A stretch of 64,000 nucleotides of DNA from an uncultured Phycisphaerales bacterium. Lineage in GTDB: Bacteria > Planctomycetota > Phycisphaerae > Sedimentisphaerales > Anaerobacaceae. Under the pieces are notes generated by a model, which saw only the letters and a program-made list of their open reading frames with translations, did not search any database and had not been told where the DNA came from. Where the stretch lies: the NCBI GenBank assembly GCA_963718665.1, contig OY970359.1:1184001-1248000 (forward strand). Reading direction: 5' to 3'. A program made the translations under genes and the position numbers. Position 1 is the stretch's first letter, and each line of letters opens with the position of its first letter. This document shows positions 50,041 to 59,733 of this stretch, in pieces.

Positions 50041-50607
50041 TTACCGCAACTTAAAATCGCCCAATAGAGTATAGTTTGGACCGGCTGGTGTCAACTGACT
50101 TTGGTAAACGTAAATCGCGTCGGCGGCGATTAAGCCGAGCTTGAGATGTGAAAATTGTGCTATTGCCTCGCCCATTTTAATACCCGCCATCGGGTGATTT
50201 ACCCGGCAAAGCGTCAGGTGCGCGGAAAATTCTCTTTCTTCCTTGGGGAAACCCGCTTGGGCGAGAAGGTCATCGAGGTCCTTCTGCAATGCCAATAACG
50301 CGTCAGTTCCTTTTCCTGCGCCCACCCAGACGACTTTTGCGCTTCTGCCGCCAAATGAGCCGACGGATTCGATTTCGAGGTTAAATTTCTGATGCGCCTG
50401 GGCAACGGTATTTACTATTTCCTTTACCTCTTCTAATTGCTCATCACTTATCTCACCCAGAAATTTCAGTGTCAGATGGATATTATTCGGCTCAACCCAT
50501 TTGAGGTCGCCTTTTTTGACGTCAACTTTCGAGGCAATTTGTTTTTGCAAATTAGCGATTGCCTTTCGGATTTTGTCGTCGATATCGATTGCGATGAAAA
50601 CTCTCAT
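50041..50607 (-). CDS. thpR: RNA 2',3'-cyclic phosphodiesterase (2H family)
   Basis: MRVFIAI, HLTLKFLG, HLTLCR; next to recA. Confidence 0.93.
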   Translation of the reverse strand: MRVFIAIDIDDKIRKAIANLQKQIASKVDVKKGDLKWVEPNNIHLTLKFLGEISDEQLEEVKEIVNTVAQAHQKFNLEIESVGSFGGRSAKVVWVGAGKGTDALLALQKDLDDLLAQAGFPKEEREFSAHLTLCRVNHPMAGIKMGEAIAQFSHLKLGLIAADAIYVYQSQLTPAGPNYTLLGDFKLR

Positions 50608-50619
50608 ATTTCGCCCCAG

Positions 50620-51525
50620 TTAAAACTTTACCCGATTGCGAAGCTCATTCAGTCGGCTGTCGATGTTACGTCTTGTTGTTTTCGTCAGGCCTTTGAGCGA
50701 AAAATCGGAGATTGTGAAAGACGCAACGACTGTGCCATAAGCGATGGCCTTTTTCAATGTAGCGAAATCGGTTTTGTTTTGGCCCGCCATATAACCCATA
50801 AAGCCGCCCGCGAAGCTGTCGCCCGCGCCGGTGGGGTCTTTGACAATTGTGGCGGGATAGGCGGGTAGGACAAACAACTGGCCGTCGGATTGACGGATGA
50901 TTGAGCCGGATTCACCCTTCTTGATAACTACGACAGTGGGGCCGAGCTTCTCAATTTTTGCCGCTGCGGTTATAAGATTATGCTCATTTGCCAGCATTCT
51001 GGCTTCACCTTCATTGAGAATGAGACAGTCGATTTTTTTCAGGAGTTGTTTCAAATCGACAAGATTGTTATTTATCCAGAGATTCATCGTATCCGCGGCG
51101 ACAAATCTGGGCTTATGGAGCTGGTCGAGAAGCTGGATTTGCAGATTCGGCGCGGTATTTGCCAAGAAGACGAATTTACTGTCTTTGTATTCCTCGGGCA
51201 TTTGGGGCGGGTTTTCGGCTAAGACGTTTAACTCGACGGCGTCAGTTATGGCCTCATTCATTGCGCCCTGATATGAGCCGGCCCAGCGGAAGGTCTTGCT
51301 TTTGTGGCGCAATTCAAGGCCGTTGAGGTCAACCTTCCGGCCTTTGAATATTTTCTTCAAATCGAACGGGCAGTCGGCCCCGATTGCTCCGAGAAACCGC
51401 ACGTGCGTAAAGAAGCTCGCCGCCATACTGAAATACACAGCCGAGCCGCCCAGACAATCCTTACTCACACCAAACGGCGTCTTTACGGTATCTATCCCGA
51501 TTGAACCAGTTACTAATAGTGACAT
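50620..51525 (-). CDS. PfkB family carbohydrate kinase
   Basis: LGGSAVY, DTMNLWI, LNEGEA, KKGESG, DPTGAGDSFAGG. Confidence 0.93.
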   Translation of the reverse strand: MSLLVTGSIGIDTVKTPFGVSKDCLGGSAVYFSMAASFFTHVRFLGAIGADCPFDLKKIFKGRKVDLNGLELRHKSKTFRWAGSYQGAMNEAITDAVELNVLAENPPQMPEEYKDSKFVFLANTAPNLQIQLLDQLHKPRFVAADTMNLWINNNLVDLKQLLKKIDCLILNEGEARMLANEHNLITAAAKIEKLGPTVVVIKKGESGSIIRQSDGQLFVLPAYPATIVKDPTGAGDSFAGGFMGYMAGQNKTDFATLKKAIAYGTVVASFTISDFSLKGLTKTTRRNIDSRLNELRNRVKF

Positions 51526-51558
51526 ATCTTTCCTTATATAAAAAAGCAAATCGAAAAC

Positions 51559-51976
51559 AGTAAAAATACAAAGTAAAAATCAAATAGTTCTTTTCCCCTT
51601 AGCGGTTAAAATACTGGAAGCGAAAATTTTCGAGAATTCGTCCAATTCACACAAAAACCACTGCACGGATTCAGATTTGGTCCGGTGACTATCCCTGAGC
51701 ACAGCAAGCCACATTTTACTTTCATTTGTTGAACGCAAAGATATATTGAAATAATTGACGAACTCCTTTTTGCTTGCGGCTGATTGTGCCTCTACGTAAT
51801 TACCCAAAATGCTGGTTCCGCTTCTAAGCAATTGATCGCCTATTCTGTGCGAAACATTATCTTTTGGGAGTGCGTCTATGAACTCAATCAATTTCAATAC
51901 AAAGTTGTACATTCGTTTCTTAAACGCGATTTTAATGTTTTCGTTTTCTTTTTGCATTTTCCTTTGTATTTTTACT
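51559..51976. repeat. Inverted repeats flanking the four-helix-bundle gene
   Basis: agtaaaaatacaaag (51559-51573) and ctttgtatttttact (51962-51976), perfect 15 bp. Confidence 0.75.
51580..51957 (-). CDS. Four helix bundle protein (23S rRNA IVP / TIGR02436 family)
   Basis: QLLRSGTSILGNYVEAQSAASKKEF..ISLRSTNESKMWL. Confidence 0.92.
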   Translation of the reverse strand: MQKENENIKIAFKKRMYNFVLKLIEFIDALPKDNVSHRIGDQLLRSGTSILGNYVEAQSAASKKEFVNYFNISLRSTNESKMWLAVLRDSHRTKSESVQWFLCELDEFSKIFASSILTAKGKRTI

Positions 51977-52000
51977 TTTTACTATTTGCCATTTGCTTTG

Positions 52001-53620
52001 CTACACGAATTTTTTCAATGTGTTATCGATTCTCACTAAGGTTTTTTCTTTGCCCAACAATTGCACGGAATCAAATATTGGGGGGCTTATGGTTGAGCCG
52101 GTGATTGCGACGCGGAGGGGCTGGGCAACTTTGCCCAGGCCGACCTTGTGCTCTTCGGCTAACGCACGCAGCATATCCTCGATACCCTGCTCAGTTAATT
52201 CCGCCATCGCGGCTAATTTGTCGCGGACGAGTTTCAGCATCGCAAGGCCGTTATCCTTCAATAAAACCTTTTGCACGGCCTTTTCATCGTATTGAATCCG
52301 GTCATCAGCAGTAAAAAGGAATTTGCACTTGTGCTCGATATCAGCAAGAGTCCTTGCGCCTTCGCAGATTTTAATAAAGCGAAGCAATGTCTCATCGTCG
52401 GCTTTCGCAACCGGCGAATCGACGATTTTCAGATACGCCTTAAAATGAGCAAGTAATTTTTCTTTGGGGAGCATTTTCAGATGTTCGGTGTTGTAAGAGA
52501 GAAGCTTGCCGCGGTCGAACAAGCTGTTGGATTTAGTCAACCGTGTGATATCGAAACTTTGTATGAGTTCCTCTAAAGGCATAACTTCGCGTTCGTCTCC
52601 CGTGCTCCAGCCGAGTAACGCAAGAAAATTGACCATCGCCTCGGGTATATAGCCACTATTTCGGAAATCGACGACGTTAATTTCGGGCAGAACAACGCCG
52701 ATGTATTTTGCCATTGCCTCGATTGCAGGGACATCGGGAACGCTTTCGCCTTTAAGGAAATCGTTCATCTCGTCTGCGCTAAGCCCGCCAACGCCGGCTA
52801 TTTTTTTGAGGTCGATATCGGCTTTTGCTTTGATTGCCTTGCGCAGCGTTTGCGGGCGTTCGCGTTTTGAGAGTTTGCCTCCCGATTCGCTGATAGTAAC
52901 CGACATGTGCGCATACTTTGGCGGATTGTCGAAGCCGAGCGCCTCCCACAACGCCTGCTGGCCCGGCGTATTCATTAAATGCTCCTGTCCCCTTATTACG
53001 TGGGTAATGCCCATAAGGTGGTCGTCGATTACGCAGGCGAAATTATATGTCGGGAAGCCATCGCTTTTGATTATGATGAAGTCGCCTAATTCGGCTGTAT
53101 TGAAACTGACCTCGCCGCGGACTATGTCATTGATGACGATAGTTCCTTCGGGCATCGCGAAGCGAATTGTAACGGATTTGCCCTCGGCTTTCGCTTTTTC
53201 AACTTCCGCTTCGGTCGGGAATACCGCGGGCCTTTGATATACGAAACCTTTTTTCTGTGCCTCGGCCTGTTTGCGGAGTTTTTCAAGCTCTTCGCCCGTC
53301 TCGAAACAGTAATACGCCCTGCCCATATCGAGAAGCTGCCTGATGTATTTATCGTAAGTTTCTCTTCGCTGCGACTGGAAATACGGGCCGTTCGGGCCAT
53401 CGACTTCGGGGCCTTCGTCCCAGGTTATTCCCAGCCAGCGGAGGTCGTCGATGACCTGCTGGGTAGCGGTCGGGGTATTACGTTTGAGGTCGGTATCCTC
53501 GATGCGCAGGATGAATTTGCCGCCTGTCTTGCGGGCCAAAAGCCAGTTGAACAGGGCTGTTCTTGCTCCGCCTATATGAAGGTATCCCGTCGGCGACGGG
53601 GCAAAACGAGTTACGACCAT
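52001..53620 (-). CDS. gltX: Glutamate--tRNA ligase with an insertion after KLSKR
   Basis: RFAPSPTGYLHIGG, RIEDTD, HVIRGQEH, KLSKR, PLRVAITG. Confidence 0.97.
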   Translation of the reverse strand: MVVTRFAPSPTGYLHIGGARTALFNWLLARKTGGKFILRIEDTDLKRNTPTATQQVIDDLRWLGITWDEGPEVDGPNGPYFQSQRRETYDKYIRQLLDMGRAYYCFETGEELEKLRKQAEAQKKGFVYQRPAVFPTEAEVEKAKAEGKSVTIRFAMPEGTIVINDIVRGEVSFNTAELGDFIIIKSDGFPTYNFACVIDDHLMGITHVIRGQEHLMNTPGQQALWEALGFDNPPKYAHMSVTISESGGKLSKRERPQTLRKAIKAKADIDLKKIAGVGGLSADEMNDFLKGESVPDVPAIEAMAKYIGVVLPEINVVDFRNSGYIPEAMVNFLALLGWSTGDEREVMPLEELIQSFDITRLTKSNSLFDRGKLLSYNTEHLKMLPKEKLLAHFKAYLKIVDSPVAKADDETLLRFIKICEGARTLADIEHKCKFLFTADDRIQYDEKAVQKVLLKDNGLAMLKLVRDKLAAMAELTEQGIEDMLRALAEEHKVGLGKVAQPLRVAITGSTISPPIFDSVQLLGKEKTLVRIDNTLKKFV

Positions 53621-53718
53621 TATCAGAAACTCCAAAAAGATATATAAGCGGGTTCAGGATAAGCGTAAACACCGCCGAAGTCAATTTTCAAAACCGCCGG
53701 TATAACGTTAAACCCTGC

Positions 53719-53747
53719 TTGACTATGGCGGGCGGGAGGACTAAAAT
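53719..53747 (+). promoter_or_regulatory. Promoter of thrS-infC
   Basis: TTGACT-17 nt-TAAAAT. Confidence 0.65.
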
Positions 53748-53799
53748 GGCTTTGGTTTACAGTAATTTTTGAAATAGGACTGATTTATCGGATTGACAA

Positions 53800-55714
53800 A
53801 TGGCGAGGATTAAACTGCCGGATGGCGCGATTATAGAGGCCAATGACGGCATTACGGGAAAGCAAGTAGCAGAAAAAATCGGTGCAGGACTGGCGAAGGC
53901 GGCCATAGCGGCCAAAGTCAACGGCAACCTCGTTGACCTGTCGGCCCCGATAAACGGGGATGTGAGCATCCAAATCATCACCTCCAAAGATACCGAAGGC
54001 CTTGAAATAATGCGACATAGTTGCGCATATTATGGCCGAGGCGATTTGCCTGCTCTGGCCCAAAACAAAGCTTGTTTATGGGCCGACCGTTGATGACGGG
54101 TTTTATTACGATATCGACCTTGATGAGCCGATTCGCCCGGGTGATTTCGAACGCATCGAGGAGAAGATGAGCGAAATCGTCAAGGCCGACAAACCCTTTA
54201 TCAGGAAAGAAATGACCCGCGCCGAGGCGATCGCCAAACTTGGCGGCGAAAAATACAAAACCGACAACGTCAACCGCGCTACCGGCGACATACTCAGCTT
54301 TTACTCATCCGGCGACGGTTTCGAGGATCTTTGCCGCGGGCCGCATATCCCAAGCGCGGGCAAAGCGGGTGCATTCAAGATTATGTCGGTAGCCGGGGCT
54401 TACTGGCATGGCGACGCGACGCTGAAGATGCTGCAAAGGGTCTATGGAACCTGCTGGCGAAACCGCAAAGAGCTTGACGAATATCTTACCCGTCTCGAAG
54501 AAGCAAAAAAACGCGACCACCGCGTTATCGGCAGGCAGTTGGATTTGTTCAGCTTTAATGACGCAGGGCCAGGTTTCGCGTTTATGCACCCAAAGGGGAT
54601 GATTATCTGGAATTCGATAGTTGATTTCTGGCGCGGCGTTCACAAGCGATTTGGCTACGAGGAAATCAAAACGCCCATTATTCTTAACAAAGACCTGTGG
54701 CACAAGAGCGGCCACTGGGACCATTACAAAGAGAATATGTATTTCACCCGCTTCGACGATGCCGACTACGCGATAAAGCCGATGAACTGCCCGGGCGGCT
54801 GCTTAGTTTACCAAACCCGCAAACATTCCTACCGCGAATTCCCGCTGCGGGTCGCGGAGCTGGGGCTTGTCCACCGCCACGAAGCAAGCGGCGTAATACA
54901 CGGGCTTTTCAGGGTGCGGCAATTTACCCAGGACGACGCACATATTTTCTGCACCCCCGACCAGATTGAGGCGGAAATCATCGGCGTTATCGAGCTGACC
55001 TTCGAGATATACCGGGCATTCGGCTTCAAGGATTTCCACATCGAGCTATCCACCAAGCCCGAAAACCACATCGGCTCGGATGAAATATGGGAAACCGCCA
55101 CCAACGCCCTCATTAATGCCCTTAAGCACAAAAATATCGATTACAAGGTCAACGAGGGCGATGGCGCCTTTTATGGCCCCAAAATCGATTTCCATATCGA
55201 GGATTCACTGAAACGCTCCTGGCAGCTTGGCACCATCCAGCTCGATTTCTCGATGCCCCAGCGGTTCGAACTTGTTTTTACCGATAAGGACAACACCGAG
55301 AAGACGCCCGTTATGATTCACCGCGCGGTACTTGGCTCATTCGAGCGGTTTATCGGGATTCTCATCGAGCATTACGCGGGCGATATGCCTCTGTGGCTCG
55401 CTCCGCAACAGGTGATAATACTGCCCATAAGCGAAAAGACCAATGATTACGCCAAAGCGGTCGAAACCCGATTAAAGGCGCAGGGGTTGCGTGTCTCCTG
55501 CGATTTGACCGATGAGAAAATCGGGGCAAAAATCGCCCGAACACACGGCGACAAGCCCCCATATATGCTGGTGGTAGGGCCCAAGGAATCGCAGTCGGAT
55601 TCCGTAAACGTCAGGATTCGGGGCCAAGAGCAGACAAAGACGCTGAAAGTGGATGAATTTGCGGCAATCGCGGTAAAGAAAATTGCCGATAAGCAGGTAG
55701 AGCTGGCCTTGTAG
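53800..55714 (+). CDS. thrS: Threonine--tRNA ligase, split by an apparent 2-nt deletion near 54025
   Basis: TGS domain in 53800-54093; DLCRGPH, RDHR, KPMNCP, RVRQFTQDDAH, GSFERF in 54032-55714; adding 2 nt restores RHSCAHIMAEA. Confidence 0.93.
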
Positions 55715-55777
55715 GCCGAGAGGTTTGAAGATTCTGACAGGCAACCACATTTATAGTTTTTGGAAAGGTGACAGTGA

Positions 55778-56296
55778 GTGATAATAAAAGTTAAGGGGTT
55801 GAGGATAAATGGGGGGATACGAGCAGATAAGGTTCGGCTCGTAGATGCAGAAAACAATCAGGTCGGTATAGTTGAGCGGCTTTTCGCCCTGGAAAAATCC
55901 CGAGAGGCCAATCTGGATCTCGTCGAGGTATCGCCGACCAGCGACCCGCCGGTATGCCGGATAATGGATTACGGCAAGTGGGTCTATGAGCAGAAACGCA
56001 AAATCCGCGAGGCACGCAAAAAAACGCACCATACCGGTTCACTCAAGGAAGTCCGGCTGCGGCCCGAAACGGATACACACGATATTGAGATAAAGGTCAA
56101 GCACGCCCGTGAGTTTATCGAAAAGGGGCACAAGGTCCAGTTTACGCTTGTTTTCCGCGGCCGACAGATGCTCCACAAGGAAAAAGGCGCGGAGGTTCTC
56201 AACGGCATAATTGAGTCCTTAGTGGATGTAGCCAAGGTTGACCGCTCCAGCGAGATGATGGGCAAGCGGATGACCATGGTGATTGCGCCAAAGTAA
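55778..56296 (+). CDS. infC: Translation initiation factor IF-3 (non-ATG start)
   Basis: RINGGIRA..VRLV, DLVEVSP...PPVCRIMDYGK, KEVRLRP, FRGR. Confidence 0.96.
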   Translation: MIIKVKGLRINGGIRADKVRLVDAENNQVGIVERLFALEKSREANLDLVEVSPTSDPPVCRIMDYGKWVYEQKRKIREARKKTHHTGSLKEVRLRPETDTHDIEIKVKHAREFIEKGHKVQFTLVFRGRQMLHKEKGAEVLNGIIESLVDVAKVDRSSEMMGKRMTMVIAPK

Positions 56297-56341
56297 TAAG
56301 CCCGAAATAGTCGTTTTTCCCGTATAATCCTAAAATCGCTG

Positions 56342-56370
56342 TTGACCCTGGCAGGCAAATAGTGTATTCT
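56342..56370 (+). promoter_or_regulatory. Internal promoter for rpmI-rplT
   Basis: TTGACC-17 nt-TATTCT. Confidence 0.6.
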
Positions 56371-56375
56371 CCTCT

Positions 56376-56480
56376 GTTTAACCCGTGAGATAGCAAATCG
56401 ATATATCGATATGCTATCTCCAACGTTTTATCTCGCGGGTTGAACTTATTGCCGGGTAATGCTGTTATGCGCCCGGTTGA
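56376..56480 (+). promoter_or_regulatory. Structured 5' leader of rpmI-rplT
   Basis: 17-bp stem 56376-92/56429-45 and competing hairpin 56387-56420. Confidence 0.6.
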
Positions 56481-56506
56481 ACGGACTTTTTTCAGGGTAG
56501 CGAACG

Positions 56507-56701
56507 ATGCCAAAGATGAAGACCCATAAGGGAATAAAAAAGAGATTCAAGGTTACCGCCTCAGGGAAACTGAGATACAAGCACCCGTCGGGCAACCATT
56601 TAATGAATAGCAAGAACGCCAAGAAGCGAAAAAGGATAGCCGGCCCCGCTATTATGACCGGGGTTTACGCCGATAAAATCAAGGCGATGTCCGGCAAATA
56701 G
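56507..56701 (+). CDS. rpmI: 50S ribosomal protein L35
   Basis: MPKMKTHKG.KKRFKVT. Confidence 0.97.
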   Translation: MPKMKTHKGIKKRFKVTASGKLRYKHPSGNHLMNSKNAKKRKRIAGPAIMTGVYADKIKAMSGK

Positions 56702-56782
56702 CTTGTTTCGGCCCGCGTGAATCGAGGAATCGATTGCTTGCGATTGGCCGACTTAGCAGTGAGTTAAGAAAGGAAATCGGGT

Positions 56783-57139
56783 ATGCCAAGAATTAGAAAA
56801 AGCGCCGCAAGACGCCAGGCGCACAAAAGAGTATTAAAGGCGGCGAAGGGTCATCGCAGTTCCGCCGGTCATCTTTATCGTGCCGCGAAGGAAGCGATTG
56901 TTCGTGCGGGAGTTTATTCGCGTTTTGGTCGTAAGCTGCGCAAACGCGATTTCAGATCGCTGTGGATTACACGGCTGACCGCCGCCTGCCAGCAGCGGGG
57001 CATTATGTACAGCCGGCTTGTCAGCGGACTCAAAAAAACCAATATCACCCTGAACCGCAAGATGCTCAGTGAAATAGCGATAGCCGACCCGGTTGCGTTC
57101 GACGCAATCGTCGCGGCGGCAAAACCGGCGAAAATATAA
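56783..57139 (+). CDS. rplT: 50S ribosomal protein L20
   Basis: KRDFRSLWITRL, LNRKMLSEIAI.D. Confidence 0.97.
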   Translation: MPRIRKSAARRQAHKRVLKAAKGHRSSAGHLYRAAKEAIVRAGVYSRFGRKLRKRDFRSLWITRLTAACQQRGIMYSRLVSGLKKTNITLNRKMLSEIAIADPVAFDAIVAAAKPAKI

Positions 57140-57147
57140 GAGTTTAA

Positions 57148-57168
57148 CTCCCGCCACATAGGCGGGAG
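57148..57168 (+). terminator. Hairpin between rplT and pheS (weak U-tract)
   Basis: ctcccgcc-acata-ggcgggag. Confidence 0.45.
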
Positions 57169-57208
57169 CTATTTCTGTGAAAACGGGAATCCAGTTTCAG
57201 GACAGGGG

Positions 57209-58201
57209 ATGCTTGAGCAATTCGCCAAAATCGGTAAGGACGCTCTCGAAGAGCTAAAAGCAGTCGCCGATAGCGCGTCGCTGGAGCAATTCCGTATAAA
57301 ATACCTCAGCAGAAAAGGCCTCGTTACCCAGATACTTACACAAATCGGAAAAGTATCAGCCGAACAAAGACCTGCGGCGGGCCAGTTGGCCAACAAAATC
57401 AAAAACGAGGTAACTGCCGCATTCGAGCAGCTTAAGGAAAAAATCACCCAGACCCAGCGTTCTAAAAGCAGGCAATTGATTGATGTTACCCTGCCGGGGA
57501 TACAGCCGCGAATCGGCAAAAGACACGTTATAAATCAGACCACAAACGAATTACTGGAGATTTTCGCCCGGATGGGCTTTCCGGTCGCATACGGGCCTGA
57601 GGTTGAGGACGAATGGCACAATTTCGTCGCACTCAATATCCCCGCTGAGCATCCGGCACGCGACCCCTTGGATAACTTTTACGTCGATGACCAAACCCTT
57701 TTGCGGAGTCAGACCTCGACAATCCAGATTCGCGTGATGGAAAAGCAAAAGCCCCCTATCCGCATCGTTGCCCCGGGCCGGGTTTACAGGCCCGATACAG
57801 TTGACGCGACACATATGTTTATGTTCCACCAGCTCGAAGCACTCGTCGTCGATGAGGGTGTTACTATGGTCGATATGAAAACCACAATCGACCAGTTCAT
57901 AAAGGTTTTCCTGGGCAAGGATGTAAAATGGCGTTTTCGCCCGAGTTTTTTCCCGTTCACCGAGCCGAGCGCAGAAGTGGATTTGCTGTTAGTCGATAAG
58001 ACGGGCAAGGAGGTATGGGTCGAGATGGGCGGCTGTGGTATGGTTGACCCGAATGTTTTTGACGCCGTGGGTATCGATAGCGAAAAATACACCGGCTGGG
58101 CTTTCGGCTTCGGCATCGAACGGCTGGCTATGAGAAAATACGGCATCACCGATATTCGTTTATTCTATGAAAATGACCTTCGCTTCTTACAGCAGTTCTG
58201 A
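57209..58201 (+). CDS. pheS: Phenylalanine--tRNA ligase alpha subunit
   Basis: DVTLPG, HPARD, LLRSQTS, FRPSFFPFTEPS, GWAFGFGIERL. Confidence 0.98.
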   Translation: MLEQFAKIGKDALEELKAVADSASLEQFRIKYLSRKGLVTQILTQIGKVSAEQRPAAGQLANKIKNEVTAAFEQLKEKITQTQRSKSRQLIDVTLPGIQPRIGKRHVINQTTNELLEIFARMGFPVAYGPEVEDEWHNFVALNIPAEHPARDPLDNFYVDDQTLLRSQTSTIQIRVMEKQKPPIRIVAPGRVYRPDTVDATHMFMFHQLEALVVDEGVTMVDMKTTIDQFIKVFLGKDVKWRFRPSFFPFTEPSAEVDLLLVDKTGKEVWVEMGGCGMVDPNVFDAVGIDSEKYTGWAFGFGIERLAMRKYGITDIRLFYENDLRFLQQF

Positions 58202-58216
58202 AATTGAACTGCTAAT

Positions 58217-58234
58217 CCTGAGCTTGTCGAAGGA
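58217..58234 (+). repeat. CTGAGC-N-CGAAG REP-like element, copy 2
   Basis: cctgagcttgtcgaagga inside a larger inverted repeat 58202-58245. Confidence 0.65.
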
Positions 58235-58266
58235 CTAATTCAGTTTTAAGTTGCGGAGACAATAAT

Positions 58267-59145
58267 ATGAATTACAAAGGTATAATCCTCGCAGGCGGGA
58301 GCGGCACCCGGCTGCATCCCGTAACAAAAGCCATAAGCAAGCAGCTCATCCCGGTCTATGATAAGCCGATGGTTTATTATCCGCTGACGACGCTGATGCT
58401 GGCGGGAATAAAAGAGATTCTTGTAATCAGCACGCCCGCTGACCTGCCAATGTACAAAAAAGTCCTCGACGATGGTTCGCAGTGGGGTATCCGGCTCGAA
58501 TACGCCGAACAGCCAAGGCCCGAAGGGCTTGCACAGGCGTTTATAATCGGCAAAAAGTTTTTGGCGGGCAGCCCGGCATGTTTGATTCTCGGCGATAATA
58601 TCTTTTATGGCCACGGGCTTGTCGATTCGCTAAAAAAGGCTGTCAGCAGTGAAGCCGGCGCATCGATATTCGGCTATTGGGTCAGGGACCCGCACCGATA
58701 CGGCGTTATCGAGTTCGACAAAACCGGCAAGGTAATATCAATCGAGGAAAAACCCAAAAAACCAAAATCCAATTATGCGGCCGTAGGGCTTTACTTCTAC
58801 GATTCGCAGGTCTGCGACATCGCCGCGACCATAAAACCCTCCGCCAGGGGCGAGTATGAAATTACCGACCTCAATAACGCTTATCTTAAAATCAACAAGC
58901 TGAAAGTCGAATTGCTGGGACGCGGGACCGCCTGGCTTGATACCGGCACGCCCGAATCGATGCTCCAGGCGTCGAATTTTGTCCAGACCGTCCAGCAAAG
59001 ACAAGGCCTAATGATTGCCTGCCCCGAAGAAATTGCGTTTCACCTCGGCCTTATCGACGCCAAACAATTGACCAAACTCGCAGAACCCTTAGCCAAAAAC
59101 TGGTATGGGCAATACCTGCTTAATCTTGTGGATGAGTGCCGCTGA
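58267..59145 (+). CDS. rfbA: Glucose-1-phosphate thymidylyltransferase
   Basis: [43 protein letters not shown]. Confidence 0.97.
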   Translation: MNYKGIILAGGSGTRLHPVTKAISKQLIPVYDKPMVYYPLTTLMLAGIKEILVISTPADLPMYKKVLDDGSQWGIRLEYAEQPRPEGLAQAFIIGKKFLAGSPACLILGDNIFYGHGLVDSLKKAVSSEAGASIFGYWVRDPHRYGVIEFDKTGKVISIEEKPKKPKSNYAAVGLYFYDSQVCDIAATIKPSARGEYEITDLNNAYLKINKLKVELLGRGTAWLDTGTPESMLQASNFVQTVQQRQGLMIACPEEIAFHLGLIDAKQLTKLAEPLAKNWYGQYLLNLVDECR

Positions 59146-59733
59146 ATGAAAGTTACACAGACGAAACTCCACGGTGTGCTGATTATTGAACCCGATGTTT
59201 TCGGTGACGCACGCGGTTTTTTTATCGAAACATTTAGCAGCAAACGTTATGAAGAAGCGGGACTGAGTCAGCCGTTTGTGCAGGATAACATCTCGTTTTC
59301 GACAAAGGGCACCCTGCGGGGTCTTCATTTTCAAAATCCGCACGCACAGGGCAAATTAGTGCAGGTATTATCCGGCGAGGTTCTCGACGTGGCTGTCGAT
59401 ATCCGCGTCGGCTCACCCGATTTCGGACAATGGTTCAGCGAAACGCTGTCGGCGGAAAATCACAAACAGATGTATATCCCGTCGGGTTTCGCGCACGGCT
59501 TCTGCGTTCTGAGTGACAACGCGCTATTCTCCTACAAATGCACCGACTACTACAGCCCGACAACCGAGGGCGGCATAATCTGGGATGACCCGGACATTGG
59601 GATTGCTTGGCCGATTAACAACCCGCTGGTTTCGAAGAAGGACGCCGGTTATCCCCGGCTCAAGGATATTCCTAAAGACAAACTGCCTGTCCTGAGCAAA
59701 CTCGAAGGGCCGCGATACGGGGAAAACAAATGA
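59146..59733 (+). CDS. rfbC: dTDP-4-dehydrorhamnose 3,5-epimerase
   Basis: FGDARGFF, QDN, LRGLHFQ, DVAVDIR, GFAHGF. Confidence 0.97.
   Translation: MKVTQTKLHGVLIIEPDVFGDARGFFIETFSSKRYEEAGLSQPFVQDNISFSTKGTLRGLHFQNPHAQGKLVQVLSGEVLDVAVDIRVGSPDFGQWFSETLSAENHKQMYIPSGFAHGFCVLSDNALFSYKCTDYYSPTTEGGIIWDDPDIGIAWPINNPLVSKKDAGYPRLKDIPKDKLPVLSKLEGPRYGENK

Noticed and set aside
51580..51957. Diversity-generating retroelement (Avd-like gene)
   Set aside because: No reverse transcriptase or TR/VR pair in the window
53640..53800. T-box or attenuator upstream of thrS
   Set aside because: Leader only about 45 nt; no T-box consensus or terminator
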